From assembly GCA_016926955.1 (NCBI GenBank), contig JAFGNN010000080.1, forward strand, positions 12,483 to 76,482: a stretch of 64,000 nucleotides of DNA, written 5' to 3'. This document shows, in pieces, positions 53,220-63,728 of this stretch. Every line of letters starts with the position of its first letter. Position 1 is the first letter of the stretch. This DNA comes from Spirochaetales bacterium. GTDB lineage: Bacteria > Spirochaetota > Spirochaetia > Treponematales > UBA12059. Under the pieces are notes generated by a model. It did no database searches. It had not been told where the DNA came from and saw nothing but the letters and a program-made list of their open reading frames with translations. The position numbers were made by a program, and so were the translations under genes.

Positions 53220-56200
53220 ATGGCGTCCATGAGCGACGATCCGCTTTCCGGCCTCCATCCGCTCGTGGCCGCCTGGTTCCGCGATCGGCACGGGACGCCC
53301 ACCGCGGTGCAGGCCGGGGTTTGGCCCCTCCTGGCCGCCGGACGGGACGCGCTCGCGGTGGCGCCGACCGGTTCGGGAAAGACGCTCGCGGCCTTCCTGG
53401 ACGGCATCTCGCGCCTGGCCTCGGGCGAATACCCCGCCGACCGGCTCTCCATCCTCTACCTTTCGCCGCTCAAGGCCCTGGCCGAGGACGTGCGCGTCAA
53501 CCTGCTGGAACCCCTGGGGGGCGTCCGCTCGCGCTTCGACGCGGCGGGAATCCCGTTTCCGCCGCTCCGCGCCTCGGTGCGCACGGGCGACACGGCGGCC
53601 TCCGAACGCCGCCGCGATTTCTCGAAGCCGCCCTCCATACTCGCGACGACCCCCGAGAGCCTTTCCATCCTGCTCAACTCCGTCTCCGGGACCAGGCTGC
53701 TCGCGGAGGTCCGGCTCGTCATCGCGGACGAGGTGCACGCCCTGGTCGGCACGAAGCGCGGCGCCTTCCTGGCCGCGGCGCTCGGCCGGCTCGCGCTGCT
53801 GGCGGGGGAGTTCCGCAGGGTGGCGCTTTCGGCGACCGTGAGCCCCGTGGAGGAGGCCGCGCGCTTCGTGGCGGGCTTCCGGCTCGAGCGGCTGCCCGAC
53901 GGGACGGCCGCGTACGGGGAGCGGCGCATGGAAGTGGTCGCGCCGCCCTCGGAGAAGCGGATCGGGTTCGCGGTGGACTGGCCGGAGAGCCCGATGCGCG
54001 TGCCCGTGCCGGGCGCGGCCGGCGCGGCGGGCGGGGGAGCGGCGGACGGCGCCGACCGCTCGGCGGCGGGCACCCGGCTCGCGGCGCTCGCGGACGAGGT
54101 GATAACGCGGACGAAGCGCAACCGCTCGACCCTGGTCTTCGTCGACTCGAGGCGGCGGGCGGAGTCGCTCGCGCGCATGATCAACGACCGCGGGGGCGAG
54201 GGCCTCGCGTGGGCGCACCACGGCTCGCTCGCGAAGGAGGCGCGCCGGGCGGTGGAGCGGCGCCTCAAGGAAGGCCGGCTCGCCTGCGTGGTGGCCACGG
54301 CGAGCCTCGAGCTCGGCATCGACATCGGCTCGGTGGACGAGGTGGTGCTCGCGGGGACCCCGCCCGGTGCGGCCCAGGCCCTGCAGCGGATCGGGCGCTC
54401 GGGACACGCAGTCGGCGCCGCGAGCCGGGGCCTGCTCTTGCCCCTGCACCCGATGGACCTGCTCCGCGCCGCGGCCATGAGCGAGCTCGTCTCCCGGCGG
54501 GCCGTGGAGGAGCTCCGCGCGCTCGCGAACCCGCTCGACATCCTGGCGCAGGTCCTGCTCGGCATGTGCCTCCGCGAGGAGCGGAAGCTCGACGCGCTCT
54601 ACGACGAGGTCCGCGCGATGAGTCCCTTCGCCCGGCTTTCACGGGCGGACTTCGACGCGGTGGTCGACATGCTCTCCGGCAAGTACTCGGGCGCGCGCTA
54701 CGGCGAGCTCAAGGCGCGGCTCCTCGTCGATCCCGGGACGCGGAGCGCGCGCGCGAAGGAGGGCAGCGCCACGCTGCTCTTCGCCTCGGGCGGGGCCATA
54801 GCCGACCGGGGCGCCTACGCGCTCAGGGAGGCGGGCAGCGGAGCGCGGCTCGGCGAGCTCGACGAGGAGTACGTCTGGGAGCGCCGCGTCGGCGACACCC
54901 TGAGCTTCGGCTCGCGGTCCTGGCGCATCGTCGCCATCGGTCACGAGGCGGTCGAGGTGCGGGCCCTGGAGCGGGCCGCGGACTTCGCGCCCTTCTGGAA
55001 GGCCGACGCCCGCTTCCGCTCGCCGCTCCTCGCGGAGGCGACCCTGGACTTCCTCGAAGCCTGGGGAGGTCGCGCGGGCACACGGGAATTCGACGCGGAG
55101 CTGGAACGGCGCGGCTTCAGCGAACGGGCGGCGCGGGTGCTTTCAGGCTTCCTCAAGGCTCAGGCCTCCGTCGCGCCGCTGCCGGGCCGCGCGCTTGCGC
55201 CCTTCGAGCTCTTCGACGATCCGTCGGGGCGCGCCGAAACCCGGAACGTCGTGATCCACCACTGCCGGGGCGGCGCCTTCTCGGAAACCCTGGCCATGGC
55301 GCTCGGCGCGGAGCTCGAGGAACGCCTGGGCTTGGCTGTGAGGCCCGTCGCCGACGAGGACGCCCTCCTCGTGTCGCTGCCGCGCTTGGAAGGCGGCGTC
55401 GCGCCGGAGGCGACGGTCCTCGACGCGCTGCGCTCGCTCGGAGCGCCCGGCGGGACGGGAAGCGGCGGCGCCTTCGAACGGGCCCTCGCGCGCAGGTTGG
55501 AGGGCTCGCCCCTATTCGGCGCCGCCTTCCGCGAGGACTCCGAGCGCGCCCTGCTGCTGCCGCACCCGGGCTTCGGCAAGCGGCGCCCGCTCTGGGTGGC
55601 GCGGCTCAGGGCCAAGCGGCTTTTCGACGCGGTGGCGGCCTTCCCGGACTTTCCCATGGCCGCCCAGGCCCGGCGCGACTGCCTCGAGCTGTCGCTCGAC
55701 GTGGCGGGCGCCAGGGACTTCGCCGTCGAGGTCGCGGAGGGGCGGATCGCGACGCCCTTCGCGCGGACCCGGGGGCCGAGCCCCTTCGCCCGCGAGGCGG
55801 GCTGGCGCGAGACGAACCGCCTGCTCTACCAGGACGACGGCCTCGAGCCGCGGCGCGACGGAGCGGGGGCGGCGCAGGCCGCCATCGAGGAGGCGGTCGC
55901 GGGCGCCGGACGGCGGCCGTCGCTCGAGCCGGAGCTCGTTGCCCGCTTCCGCGCCCGCGCGCGGCGCGAGAGCGCGGAGCTCGCGCCTTCCGACCCGCTC
56001 GAACTCGCGGATTGGCTTTCCGAACGCGTCGCGGTGCCCGCCGACGAATGGGAGCGCCTCGTCGCGTTCGTGGACCCCGAGGTCGCGGCGGCTTTCGAAG
56101 CGGAGGAACGGTACGCCTCCCGCGCCGTCCGTACGCGCTTTCCCGGAGCCTCGGTGGACGCGCTGGTCGCGGCGGAACGGCTCGCGGGTCTCGGGGCGGC

Positions 56201-57830
56201 GCTGGCGCCGGACGGGGACCCGCTGCACGCCGTCGCCGAGTACCTGCGCGCGGGGGGGCCCGAAGCGCTCGATCGGATCGGCGCCGTGTTCGGCCTCGAC
56301 GCGGGGCGCCTCGGGGCGCTCGCGGAGCGGCTTGTCGCCGGGGGCGCCTTCGTCCGCGTCGCGCTGCCACGCGCGGCTTTCGTCGGGGAAGCTGGGGGCC
56401 GGACGGCGTCGGGCGCCGCGGCGGGATCCGGAGGCGGGGAAGGCGGGGAAGGCGGGGACGGCGGCGAAGGGTGCGCGACCCTCGACTGTCTCGCGTACGC
56501 GGAGCACTACGGCATCCTGCTCCGGCAGAAACGCAAGGCCGCGCGGCCGGCCTTTTCGGGCAGGCCGCTCTCCTGGCTGCCGGCCTTCGTCGCGGAGCTG
56601 CAGGGCGTCGTCCCGTGCGGCGCGGGAAGCGCGACCGGCGCGAAGGGGCCGCCTCCTGACGCGGTAGAGGAACTCCTCGGCGCGCTCGCGCCGCTTTCGG
56701 GACTGCCGCTTCCGGCCGCGGAGTGGGAGGCTTCCATCCTGCCGGCACGGCTCGCCGACTACCGGCCCGGCCGGCTCGACGCGGCCATCGCGGCCGGACG
56801 CCTCGCCTGGTACGGCGCGGGGAAGGGCCTCGTGGCGTTTGCGAGTCCCTGGCTCCTCGAAGCCTGCGTCGAGAGGGAAGGCTCGCCGCGGCTCGCGTCC
56901 GCCCTGCCGCGCCGCCGGGCCGAGCTCGCCGCCCTGAGCGGCCTGGACCGCGCTGCGCTCCTCGAGGCCCTCTGGGATGAAGCCTGGCGCGGGCTCGCGT
57001 CGACGGACTCCTTCGAGGCCGTGCGCAGGGGGATCGCCTCCACCTGGAACTTCGAATCGCCGGACCGAGCGAAAGGAGCGGGCTCTCCCGGAGCGCCCGA
57101 GGCGGGCAATCCCTTCGGCCGCGCCCGCCGCCTGCCCGCCGCGTTCCGCCGGGGCCCAGGCGCCCGAGAGGACGAGGGCGCCTGGTTCTCGCTCGTCCCC
57201 GACGACGAAGCGGGCCCCGCGCCCGACACCCTCGACGAGGCGGAGCTTGACGCCGAGCGCGTGCGGATCGTCGCCGCGCGCCGCGGGCTCCTCTGCCGCG
57301 AGACCTTCGAGCGCGAGGCGCCCCGCTTCGGCTGGGCGCGGCTCTCGCGGGCCCTGCGCCGGCTCGAGCTCTCCGGCGAGCTGGTCGCAGGGCGCTTCTT
57401 CGAGGGCGGCGCGGGCCCCCAGTTCATGCGGGCGGCCGACTTCGAGCGGCTCCGTTCCTGGGAACCGAGACCGGCGGCCTACGCGATCGACGCGCGGGAC
57501 CCGGCGAGCCTCGCTTCAGCGGGCTTCGAGGGGCCGTGGCACGAGCTGCCGCAGCGCGTACCGGGAGCCTCCTACGCGTTCCGGGGCGAAACGCTCCTCT
57601 GGGTCGCCCGGCGCGGCGGCCGCGAGCTTTCGCTGTTCGTCCCGCCCGACGCGCCGGGCCTCGCCGGGTCGCTCGGAGCCCTGGCCCGGCCCCGCCGTCG
57701 CGCCGTGCTCCCCGAGCGCTCGGTGGTCGTGGAGCGCGTCGACGGCGCGGCGGCCTCCTCGAGCCCGCTCGCGCCGCTCCTCGCCACGCACGGTTTCGAG
57801 CCGGACCGCGGCGCCCTCAGGCTCTGGTAA
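53220..57830 (+). CDS. lhr: Lhr-family large ATP-dependent helicase
   Basis: Walker A APTGSGKT, DEVH box (IADEVHALVG), and SAT and QRIGRSGH motifs, followed by a ~1000-aa Lhr-type C-terminal extension. First ATG at 53220 (the ORF track starts at TTG 53193). Confidence 0.88.
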   Translation: MASMSDDPLSGLHPLVAAWFRDRHGTPTAVQAGVWPLLAAGRDALAVAPTGSGKTLAAFLDGISRLASGEYPADRLSILYLSPLKALAEDVRVNLLEPLGGVRSRFDAAGIPFPPLRASVRTGDTAASERRRDFSKPPSILATTPESLSILLNSVSGTRLLAEVRLVIADEVHALVGTKRGAFLAAALGRLALLAGEFRRVALSATVSPVEEAARFVAGFRLERLPDGTAAYGERRMEVVAPPSEKRIGFAVDWPESPMRVPVPGAAGAAGGGAADGADRSAAGTRLAALADEVITRTKRNRSTLVFVDSRRRAESLARMINDRGGEGLAWAHHGSLAKEARRAVERRLKEGRLACVVATASLELGIDIGSVDEVVLAGTPPGAAQALQRIGRSGHAVGAASRGLLLPLHPMDLLRAAAMSELVSRRAVEELRALANPLDILAQVLLGMCLREERKLDALYDEVRAMSPFARLSRADFDAVVDMLSGKYSGARYGELKARLLVDPGTRSARAKEGSATLLFASGGAIADRGAYALREAGSGARLGELDEEYVWERRVGDTLSFGSRSWRIVAIGHEAVEVRALERAADFAPFWKADARFRSPLLAEATLDFLEAWGGRAGTREFDAELERRGFSERAARVLSGFLKAQASVAPLPGRALAPFELFDDPSGRAETRNVVIHHCRGGAFSETLAMALGAELEERLGLAVRPVADEDALLVSLPRLEGGVAPEATVLDALRSLGAPGGTGSGGAFERALARRLEGSPLFGAAFREDSERALLLPHPGFGKRRPLWVARLRAKRLFDAVAAFPDFPMAAQARRDCLELSLDVAGARDFAVEVAEGRIATPFARTRGPSPFAREAGWRETNRLLYQDDGLEPRRDGAGAAQAAIEEAVAGAGRRPSLEPELVARFRARARRESAELAPSDPLELADWLSERVAVPADEWERLVAFVDPEVAAAFEAEERYASRAVRTRFPGASVDALVAAERLAGLGAALAPDGDPLHAVAEYLRAGGPEALDRIGAVFGLDAGRLGALAERLVAGGAFVRVALPRAAFVGEAGGRTASGAAAGSGGGEGGEGGDGGEGCATLDCLAYAEHYGILLRQKRKAARPAFSGRPLSWLPAFVAELQGVVPCGAGSATGAKGPPPDAVEELLGALAPLSGLPLPAAEWEASILPARLADYRPGRLDAAIAAGRLAWYGAGKGLVAFASPWLLEACVEREGSPRLASALPRRRAELAALSGLDRAALLEALWDEAWRGLASTDSFEAVRRGIASTWNFESPDRAKGAGSPGAPEAGNPFGRARRLPAAFRRGPGAREDEGAWFSLVPDDEAGPAPDTLDEAELDAERVRIVAARRGLLCRETFEREAPRFGWARLSRALRRLELSGELVAGRFFEGGAGPQFMRAADFERLRSWEPRPAAYAIDARDPASLASAGFEGPWHELPQRVPGASYAFRGETLLWVARRGGRELSLFVPPDAPGLAGSLGALARPRRRAVLPERSVVVERVDGAAASSSPLAPLLATHGFEPDRGALRLW

Positions 57831-57844
57831 CGCCGGCTTGCGAT

Positions 57845-57889
57845 AAAAAAAAAGGTCCCTCCCGCGGGCGTTCGCCCGCGGGAGGGACC
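57845..57889 (-). terminator. terminator between convergent lhr and the EF-G paralogue
   Basis: Hairpin GGTCCCTCCCGCGGGCG/CGCCCGCGGGAGGGACC (57854-57889). An A9 run on the plus strand gives a U-tract for the minus-strand transcript. Confidence 0.7.
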
Positions 57890-57915
57890 CGCCTCCTTGA
57901 AAGGAAGGGAGCCGC

Positions 57916-60012
57916 TTACTCCTCTTCCTCCGTCGTCGTCCTGAATGCCGCCGCCGCCTTGATCACGTCCTCGGCGATCTTGCCGCTTATCGGGGCGTAG
58001 TGGTCGAATTCCACCTCGAAGCCGCCCGTGCCGCTCGTCATGGCCCGGAGGTCGATCGAGTAGCGGAGGAGCTCCGCCTGCGGCACCTGCGCGTCGATCT
58101 CGACGATGCCGCCGCCGATGGGCTGCTGGCCGGAGATGCGGCCGCGCCGGCCGGACAGGTCGGACATTACGTCTCCGAGGTACTTTTCCTCGACAAAGAC
58201 CGAAAGGTTCATGACGGGTTCGAGCAGGGTGGCGCCCGCCTCGCGCATGGCCTCGCGGAAGGCCATGCGGCTCGCGATCTTGAAGGCCATTTCCGAGGAG
58301 TCGACCGGGTGCTCCTTGCCGTCCATGAGGCTCGACTTGACGTCGACCACGGGGTAGCCCGCCACGACGCCTGCCTCCATGGCCTGGTGGATGCCCTTCT
58401 CGATGCCGGGGATGAAGCCCTTCGAAACGGCGCCGCCGAACACCTTGTTCTCGAAGCCGTAGCCCGCGCCGCGCTCGAGCGGATCGATCTCGAGGACGAC
58501 GCGCGCGTACTGGCCGTGGCCGCCGGTCTGCTTCTTGTGCGAGTACTCCGCGCGGGCGTGCTTCGCGATGGTCTCGCGATAGGCGACGCGCGGCACCCGG
58601 GTCTCGACGGCTATCTTGGCCGAGTTCTTGATCTTGTCCAGCACCATGTTGATCTGGAGCTCGCCCATGCCGGAGATGACCGTCTCGTGGGTCTCCGCGT
58701 TGAAGCGCACGGTGAAGGTCAGATCCTCCTCGGCCGCCTTGTGGAGGAGCTCTCCGAGCTTGTCCTCTTCCTTCTTGTTGACCGCGGAGATGGCCAGCGC
58801 ATGGACCGGCTGCGGCAGGCGCAGGTACTTGAAGGGAAGCGGCTCGCCTTCGAGCGAGAGGGTGTCGTTGGTGTGGAGGGCGGCGACCTTGGTGGTCATG
58901 CCGATGTCGCCGGCGCAGAGCTCGCCGACTTCCTCGAGCTTCTTGCCCGTGGCGGTGAAGAGCTTGCCGACCTTTTCCTTCTTGTTCTCGCGGACGTCGA
59001 GCAGCTCCATGTCCGCCTTCAGCGTGCCGCCGAAGATCTTGAGCCAGGAGATGCGGCCGGAGAACTGGTCGATCTGCGTCTTGATGGCCAGCGCCGTCGG
59101 CTGTCCCGAGGCGTCGTAGGGGTGCTTGCGCTCGGTGCCGTCGGCCAGGACCACGACCTCGGGAACGGACCACGACGGATCGGGCGCGATCTCGGCGACG
59201 AAGTCGAGCAGGGCGGCGATGCCCGAGCCCTTCACGGCGGAGCCCGCGAAGATCGGGACGATGCGGTTGGCCGCGAAGGCCTCGCGGAGTCCCTTCACGG
59301 TCTCTTCGGGGCCGAGCTCCCCTTGCTCGAGGTACTTCTCCATGAGCTCGTCGTCGCCCTCGGCGGCGGCCTCGTGGAGCCGCGCGCGCGCGGCGGTGAG
59401 GGCATCGGCGTACTCGGCGGGCACCGCGGCCGCAGCTTCCTTCTGGTCGTGCGAGGCGGGAAGGGGCCACGCCTTTCCGGAGAGGACGTCTATGACGCCC
59501 TTGTAGTCGGGGCCCTCGCCCATGGGAATGGTGACCGGAACGGCGTCGACCTTGAATTTCTCCTTGAGGTCGGCGAGAGCGCCCGCGAGCGAGGCGCGCT
59601 CCACGTCCATCTTGTTGGCGAAGACGGCGCGCGGGCGGTTTCGCCCTTCCAGGTTGCGCCAGGTCTTGATCGTCTCAATCTGCACGCCGACGTGCGCGTC
59701 GACGAGAACCAGCGCCGTCTCGCAGGCGCGCAGCGCCAGGATCACGTCGCCGACGAAATCCGAGGAACCGGGGGTGTCGATGAAGTTGAGCTTGCGGCCG
59801 GCGCGCTCGACGTGGCCGAGGGCGGCGTGCACGGATATCTTGCGTTCGATTTCCTCGTCCGAGTAATCGCTGACGGTCTTGCCCGATTCGAGGGTCTCGG
59901 GCCTGGCGATCGCGCCGCCTGAGAAGAGGAGATGCTCGAACAATGTTGTCTTGCCGGTTCCCCCGTGGCCCGCGATAGCCACGTTCCGGATCAGGTCGGT
60001 CGTGAAGGCCAT
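57916..60012 (-). CDS. elongation factor G paralogue (EF-G2-like GTPase)
   Basis: G motifs AIAGHGGTGKTT, IDTPGSSDF and NKMD. All five EF-G domains fit in 698 aa. The gene lies away from the str operon, so it is a paralogue rather than the canonical fusA. Confidence 0.85.
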   Translation of the reverse strand: MAFTTDLIRNVAIAGHGGTGKTTLFEHLLFSGGAIARPETLESGKTVSDYSDEEIERKISVHAALGHVERAGRKLNFIDTPGSSDFVGDVILALRACETALVLVDAHVGVQIETIKTWRNLEGRNRPRAVFANKMDVERASLAGALADLKEKFKVDAVPVTIPMGEGPDYKGVIDVLSGKAWPLPASHDQKEAAAAVPAEYADALTAARARLHEAAAEGDDELMEKYLEQGELGPEETVKGLREAFAANRIVPIFAGSAVKGSGIAALLDFVAEIAPDPSWSVPEVVVLADGTERKHPYDASGQPTALAIKTQIDQFSGRISWLKIFGGTLKADMELLDVRENKKEKVGKLFTATGKKLEEVGELCAGDIGMTTKVAALHTNDTLSLEGEPLPFKYLRLPQPVHALAISAVNKKEEDKLGELLHKAAEEDLTFTVRFNAETHETVISGMGELQINMVLDKIKNSAKIAVETRVPRVAYRETIAKHARAEYSHKKQTGGHGQYARVVLEIDPLERGAGYGFENKVFGGAVSKGFIPGIEKGIHQAMEAGVVAGYPVVDVKSSLMDGKEHPVDSSEMAFKIASRMAFREAMREAGATLLEPVMNLSVFVEEKYLGDVMSDLSGRRGRISGQQPIGGGIVEIDAQVPQAELLRYSIDLRAMTSGTGGFEVEFDHYAPISGKIAEDVIKAAAAFRTTTEEEE

Positions 60013-60214
60013 ATGCGCTCCTTTGCGATGGAAACGAATGGGTCCGTCTTCCGGATTTCGACCGGTCGGCGGACCCGCCCGCGAAGAATTGCGCCTTGAG
60101 GAAAGGCGCGGCTGCGCGTGGGCGCCGGAAGGCGAGCTCCTCCCCGTGACGCCCGGGCGCCGAAGATGATGGCCCGCGGCACTGGCGTTGTCAAGGAAAA
60201 AGGCCCCGCCGTCC

Positions 60215-60244
60215 TTGACACGCCGCCGGGCCAGCGGCTACATA
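60215..60244 (+). promoter_or_regulatory. candidate promoter of the tRNA-Pro/tRNA-Arg pair
   Basis: TTGACA (60215-60220), 18-nt spacer, TACATA (60239-60244), about 35 nt upstream of tRNA-Pro. Confidence 0.4.
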
Positions 60245-60277
60245 GACCGTTGCCGCTTGATGAACGCCGTCATGACG

Positions 60278-60350
60278 CGGGACGTAGCCTAGAGGCCAAG
60301 GCGTCAGCTTTGGGAGCTGAAGATCGCGGGTTCGACTCCCGCCGTCCCGA
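60278..60350 (+). tRNA. tRNA-Pro (anticodon UGG)
   Basis: Cloverleaf: CGGGACG/CGTCCCG acceptor, GCCT/AGGC D stem, TCAGC-TTTGGGA-GCTGA anticodon arm, GCGGG-TTCGACT-CCCGC T arm. CCA is not encoded. Confidence 0.9.
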
Positions 60351-60367
60351 TACCATGCCCGGAAGAG

Positions 60368-60441
60368 GGGATCATAGCTCAACTGGATAGAGCAACGGCC
60401 TTCTAAGCCGTAGGTCGGGCGTTCGAGTCGCCCTGGTCCCA
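60368..60441 (+). tRNA. tRNA-Arg (anticodon UCU)
   Basis: Cloverleaf: GGGATCA/TGGTCCC acceptor (one G-U pair), GCTC/GAGC D stem, ACGGC-CTTCTAA-GCCGT anticodon arm, GGGCG-TTCGAGT-CGCCC T arm. Confidence 0.9.
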
Positions 60442-60453
60442 TGATACGCGAAA

Positions 60454-60486
60454 GGCCGGAGCCCCGCGGGGTCTCCGGCCTTTTTG
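60454..60486 (+). terminator. rho-independent terminator after the tRNA pair
   Basis: Hairpin GGCCGGAGCCCC/GGGGTCTCCGGCC followed by T5. Confidence 0.8.
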
Positions 60487-60571
60487 TCGAGGCGCGGGGG
60501 CGTTCTGCCGCTTCGCGCTCTCTTCCTTCCGTTCGCCCTTCGCGGCGCGCTCAGCGCCTGCGACCAGCCTC

Positions 60572-61246
60572 TCAGTTCGACAGGTCCAAGGGTTCCACGC
60601 CGCGTTCCGCCCGCGCGCCCTCGAGGGCTCCCCGGATTCCGAGATAGCCCGAACCGCCGCAGGCCGCCGCGAGCGCGATGAAGGCGGGCAGCTCGAGGCC
60701 GGCGACGAACAGGTAGAGGACGGAGGCCGCGGCAAAGCTCGAGAGGAGCGCAAGGCCCAGGAAGCCGACCAGCTCCCAGCCGTAGCGCGAGGGCGCTTCG
60801 CGGAGCGCCCAGACGAGGCCGAGCGAGAGGCCGAAACGGAGCAGCGGTTCGGCCAGATCGAGAAGCAGGGAGGGACGGCCGAAGGCGGAGAAGGCTTCGA
60901 TGGCGCCGAAAATGCTGAACCAGCCCGCCAGGTAGGCCAGGAAATCGCGGTACTCCCGGCTGGAGCGCTCGACGGCGTCCCAGGGCGCGAAGGCGCGCCG
61001 GGCCAGTACGGCGAGGCCGAAGGGCAACAGCACCCCTTCGATCCAGAGCCTGAACACGGCGAGAAAGGAGCCGTAGGCGCGCGGGACGAGCGGGGCGGCG
61101 AGGCGGGTGAGCGCGTAGCCGGCCAGGCCCATGGCCGCGCCGCGGAGGAAATTCCTGATGAAGTGGGCGCCGCGACCCTCGGGAAAGACCCAAGCCTGGA
61201 GCACCAGGAAGGAGAGGGGGGCGAACAAGAGCTGGTAGGCTCGCAT
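60572..61246 (-). CDS. hypothetical polytopic membrane protein
   Basis: 224-aa ORF with ~6 hydrophobic segments. No family recognised. Confidence 0.55.
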   Translation of the reverse strand: MRAYQLLFAPLSFLVLQAWVFPEGRGAHFIRNFLRGAAMGLAGYALTRLAAPLVPRAYGSFLAVFRLWIEGVLLPFGLAVLARRAFAPWDAVERSSREYRDFLAYLAGWFSIFGAIEAFSAFGRPSLLLDLAEPLLRFGLSLGLVWALREAPSRYGWELVGFLGLALLSSFAAASVLYLFVAGLELPAFIALAAACGGSGYLGIRGALEGARAERGVEPLDLSN

Positions 61247-61297
61247 GGAACTGAACCTAGCACGCGGAGCGGAATTCGCGCAAGCTGAAGGAGGAGG

Positions 61298-61741
61298 TCA
61301 GCCCAAGCCGAGGAGCTCGAGGTGCTCCTCCGCCCAGAGGGCGAATTTGCCCGACGAGTCCGCGAGGGAGCGCAGGGCGAAGGCCGTCTCCGGCGCCGCG
61401 CCGGCCGTGGCGTCCGCCAGCGCCGAGTAGCTTCTCGACAGGGCGCTTTCCTCGTCGCGGAGCAGAGAGAGCAGGGCGCTCGCCGGTTCGGCCGCGGCCG
61501 CGCCGGCCGGCGCGGGGGGGGGGAAGGGCCAGCCGTCGGGAAGCTCGACCAAGAGTCCGACCGGCGACTTGGCGAGGGCGGCGAGCTTCGAGGCGTGGCT
61601 GCCCTTGCGGTCGATGACCGACTCGGCGAGCCGCCGCTCGGCCGGTCCGGCGACTTGCGGCGCCAGCGCGCGGTATCGCTCGAGGGCCGAGTCTTCGAGG
61701 CGCCGGAGTTCGTCGACGGCGCTCTCAAGGCTGGTATTCAT
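61298..61741 (-). CDS. hypothetical helical protein
   Basis: 147 aa from ATG 61741, Ala/Leu/Glu-rich helical pattern. No family recognised. Confidence 0.45.
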   Translation of the reverse strand: MNTSLESAVDELRRLEDSALERYRALAPQVAGPAERRLAESVIDRKGSHASKLAALAKSPVGLLVELPDGWPFPPPAPAGAAAAEPASALLSLLRDEESALSRSYSALADATAGAAPETAFALRSLADSSGKFALWAEEHLELLGLG

Positions 61742-61897
61742 GAGGCAAGCGTAGGTCGTTCCCGCCCGAAGCGCAAGCTCCCGTTTCAGCCGGAGTGCGG
61801 AGCGGCGCCGCGCATCGCCGACCCTTTGACTCAAAACCCCGAGTGTGCTAAGGTGGCTGGCAAATTCGGGTCTTTAGGACCGAGACGGGGAGGCCGA

Positions 61898-62575
61898 TTG
61901 GCAGACAACAAGAATTTGCGGATCAACGAGCAGATCCGCGTGCGCGAAGTGCGGCTCATCGACGACAAGGGCAATCAGAGCGGCATCGTGCCGACCATGG
62001 AAGCCCTCCGCATGGCCAGGGAGCAAGGCCTCGACCTCGTCGAGGTGGCTCCGCAGTCCGTGCCTCCCGTCTGCAAGATCCTGGACTACGGCAAGTACAA
62101 GTTCGAGAACGAGAAGAAGATCAAGGAAAGCCGGAAGAACCAGAAGATCGTGAAGATCAAGGAAGTCCGGATGCAGCCGAAGATCGACGACCACGACCTC
62201 GACTTCAAGTCGAAGCACGTGCGCCAGTTCCTCGACGAGGGGAACAAGGTCAAGGTGACCATCCGTTTCCGGGGCCGCGAGCTCGCGCACACCGAGATCG
62301 GCGAGGAGGTGCTGAAGAGCGTCCTCTCGCGCATCGAGGGCTCCTTCGCCATGGAGAAGATGCCTTCAATGGAAGGCCGCTTCATGTCGATGATCCTGAA
62401 TCCGAAGAACCCGCCGAAGAAGCCCCCCGTCGCGAAGAGCGAGGCTCCGAGGCCGACCCAGCCGGCCGACGGCGTTCCCGCCGCGGCGCCGGAGGCGGAC
62501 GCCGCCGAAAGGAAACCTGCCGTCGAGGCGGGCAAGGCACCGGCCGCCGCGAAGCAGCCGGAAGCGGACGCGTGA
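61898..62575 (+). CDS. infC: translation initiation factor IF-3
   Basis: [24 protein letters not shown] and [16 protein letters not shown] blocks. TTG start 5 nt after a GGGGAGG RBS; non-ATG starts are typical of infC. Ala/Pro/Lys-rich C-terminal extension. Confidence 0.9.
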   Translation: MADNKNLRINEQIRVREVRLIDDKGNQSGIVPTMEALRMAREQGLDLVEVAPQSVPPVCKILDYGKYKFENEKKIKESRKNQKIVKIKEVRMQPKIDDHDLDFKSKHVRQFLDEGNKVKVTIRFRGRELAHTEIGEEVLKSVLSRIEGSFAMEKMPSMEGRFMSMILNPKNPPKKPPVAKSEAPRPTQPADGVPAAAPEADAAERKPAVEAGKAPAAAKQPEADA

Positions 62576-62603
62576 TCCGATTTCGATAGAAGGACGGTAC
62601 GAT

Positions 62604-62804
62604 ATGCCCAAGATGAAGACCAAGAAGGCCGCCGCCAAGCGTTTCACGCTCACGGCCTCCGGCAAGGTCAAGTACAAGAAGATGAACCTCCGCCACATCC
62701 TGACCAAGAAGAGCCAGAAGCGCAAGCGGAAGCTCCGGAAGGCCGGTTTCCTCGCGGCCGGTCCCATCCACCAGATCAAGAAGAAACTGCTTCCCAACGG
62801 CTAG
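62604..62804 (+). CDS. rpmI: 50S ribosomal protein L35
   Basis: [14 protein letters not shown]... Confidence 0.95.
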   Translation: MPKMKTKKAAAKRFTLTASGKVKYKKMNLRHILTKKSQKRKRKLRKAGFLAAGPIHQIKKKLLPNG

Positions 62805-62896
62805 GCGGAACGGGGAGCCGCGCGGAAGCCCCGTCCGCGCGCGACCCGAACCCTGACAGGGTAGCCGTCGACCGTATACGCCAAGGAGAATAGACT

Positions 62897-63262
62897 ATGC
62901 CGAGAGCAGTCGCCGGAACCAAGCGCAAGGACCATAGGAAGAAGATCCTCAAGCTCGCCAAGGGCTATTGGGGACGCCGCAGCACGAACCACAAGGTGGC
63001 CAAGGACGCCGTCGCCAAGGCGCTCTGGTACGCCTATCGCGACCGCCGCGACAAGAAGGGCGATTTCCGCAGCCTCTGGATCACGCGCATCAGCGCCGCC
63101 GTCCGGGCCGAGGGCCTGAGCTACAGCCGGTTCATCCAGGGCCTCGGCAAGGCCGGCATCACGCTCGACCGCAAGGTCCTCTCGGACATGGCCATGCGCG
63201 ATCCCGCCGCGTTCTCCGCGGTCGTCGCCAAGGTCAAGACCGCCGCCGCGGCCAGCGCCTGA
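62897..63262 (+). CDS. rplT: 50S ribosomal protein L20
   Basis: [28 protein letters not shown]... Confidence 0.95.
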   Translation: MPRAVAGTKRKDHRKKILKLAKGYWGRRSTNHKVAKDAVAKALWYAYRDRRDKKGDFRSLWITRISAAVRAEGLSYSRFIQGLGKAGITLDRKVLSDMAMRDPAAFSAVVAKVKTAAAASA

Positions 63263-63272
63263 CGCCGGACCC

Positions 63273-63713
63273 ATGCTGAGCCTCGACCAGGTCCGCGCGC
63301 TCGAGGAGCGCGTCGAGCGAGCAATCGCAGCGATCGACCGGCTGTCCGCCGAGAACGCCGCCCTGCGCGGCGAGCTCGAAGCCGCCCGGACGCGCGAGGG
63401 CGAGCTCGAGCGGACCATCGAGGATTTTCGCCGCGACCAGGAACGGATCGAGGCGGGTATCGTCTCCGCGTTGCGCAAGCTCGACGTCCTGGAGGACGCG
63501 GCCTTGCGTCCGCGCGGAACGGTTCCCGCCGGCACCGTCAACGCCGGCGCGGCCGCCCCCGTCGCGCCCGCGGCGGGGGACTCCGAGGCCGAAGCTGCGG
63601 CCGGCGAGGACATTCCCGCCGACGCCCGGGGCGTCGTGCTCGATCCCCCGTCCGACGCCTCGTCCGAGGCCCAGGGCTCCGAAGCGTCGAGCGCCGAGCT
63701 CGACATCTTCTAG
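63273..63713 (+). CDS. coiled-coil protein, ZapB-like cell-division factor candidate
   Basis: N-terminal heptad-rich segment (LDQVRALEERVERAIAAIDRLSAENAALRGELEAAR), then a disordered acidic tail. Located immediately upstream of zapA. Confidence 0.5.
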   Translation: MLSLDQVRALEERVERAIAAIDRLSAENAALRGELEAARTREGELERTIEDFRRDQERIEAGIVSALRKLDVLEDAALRPRGTVPAGTVNAGAAAPVAPAAGDSEAEAAAGEDIPADARGVVLDPPSDASSEAQGSEASSAELDIF

Positions 63714-63728
63714 CCCGGTCCCGCCGCC

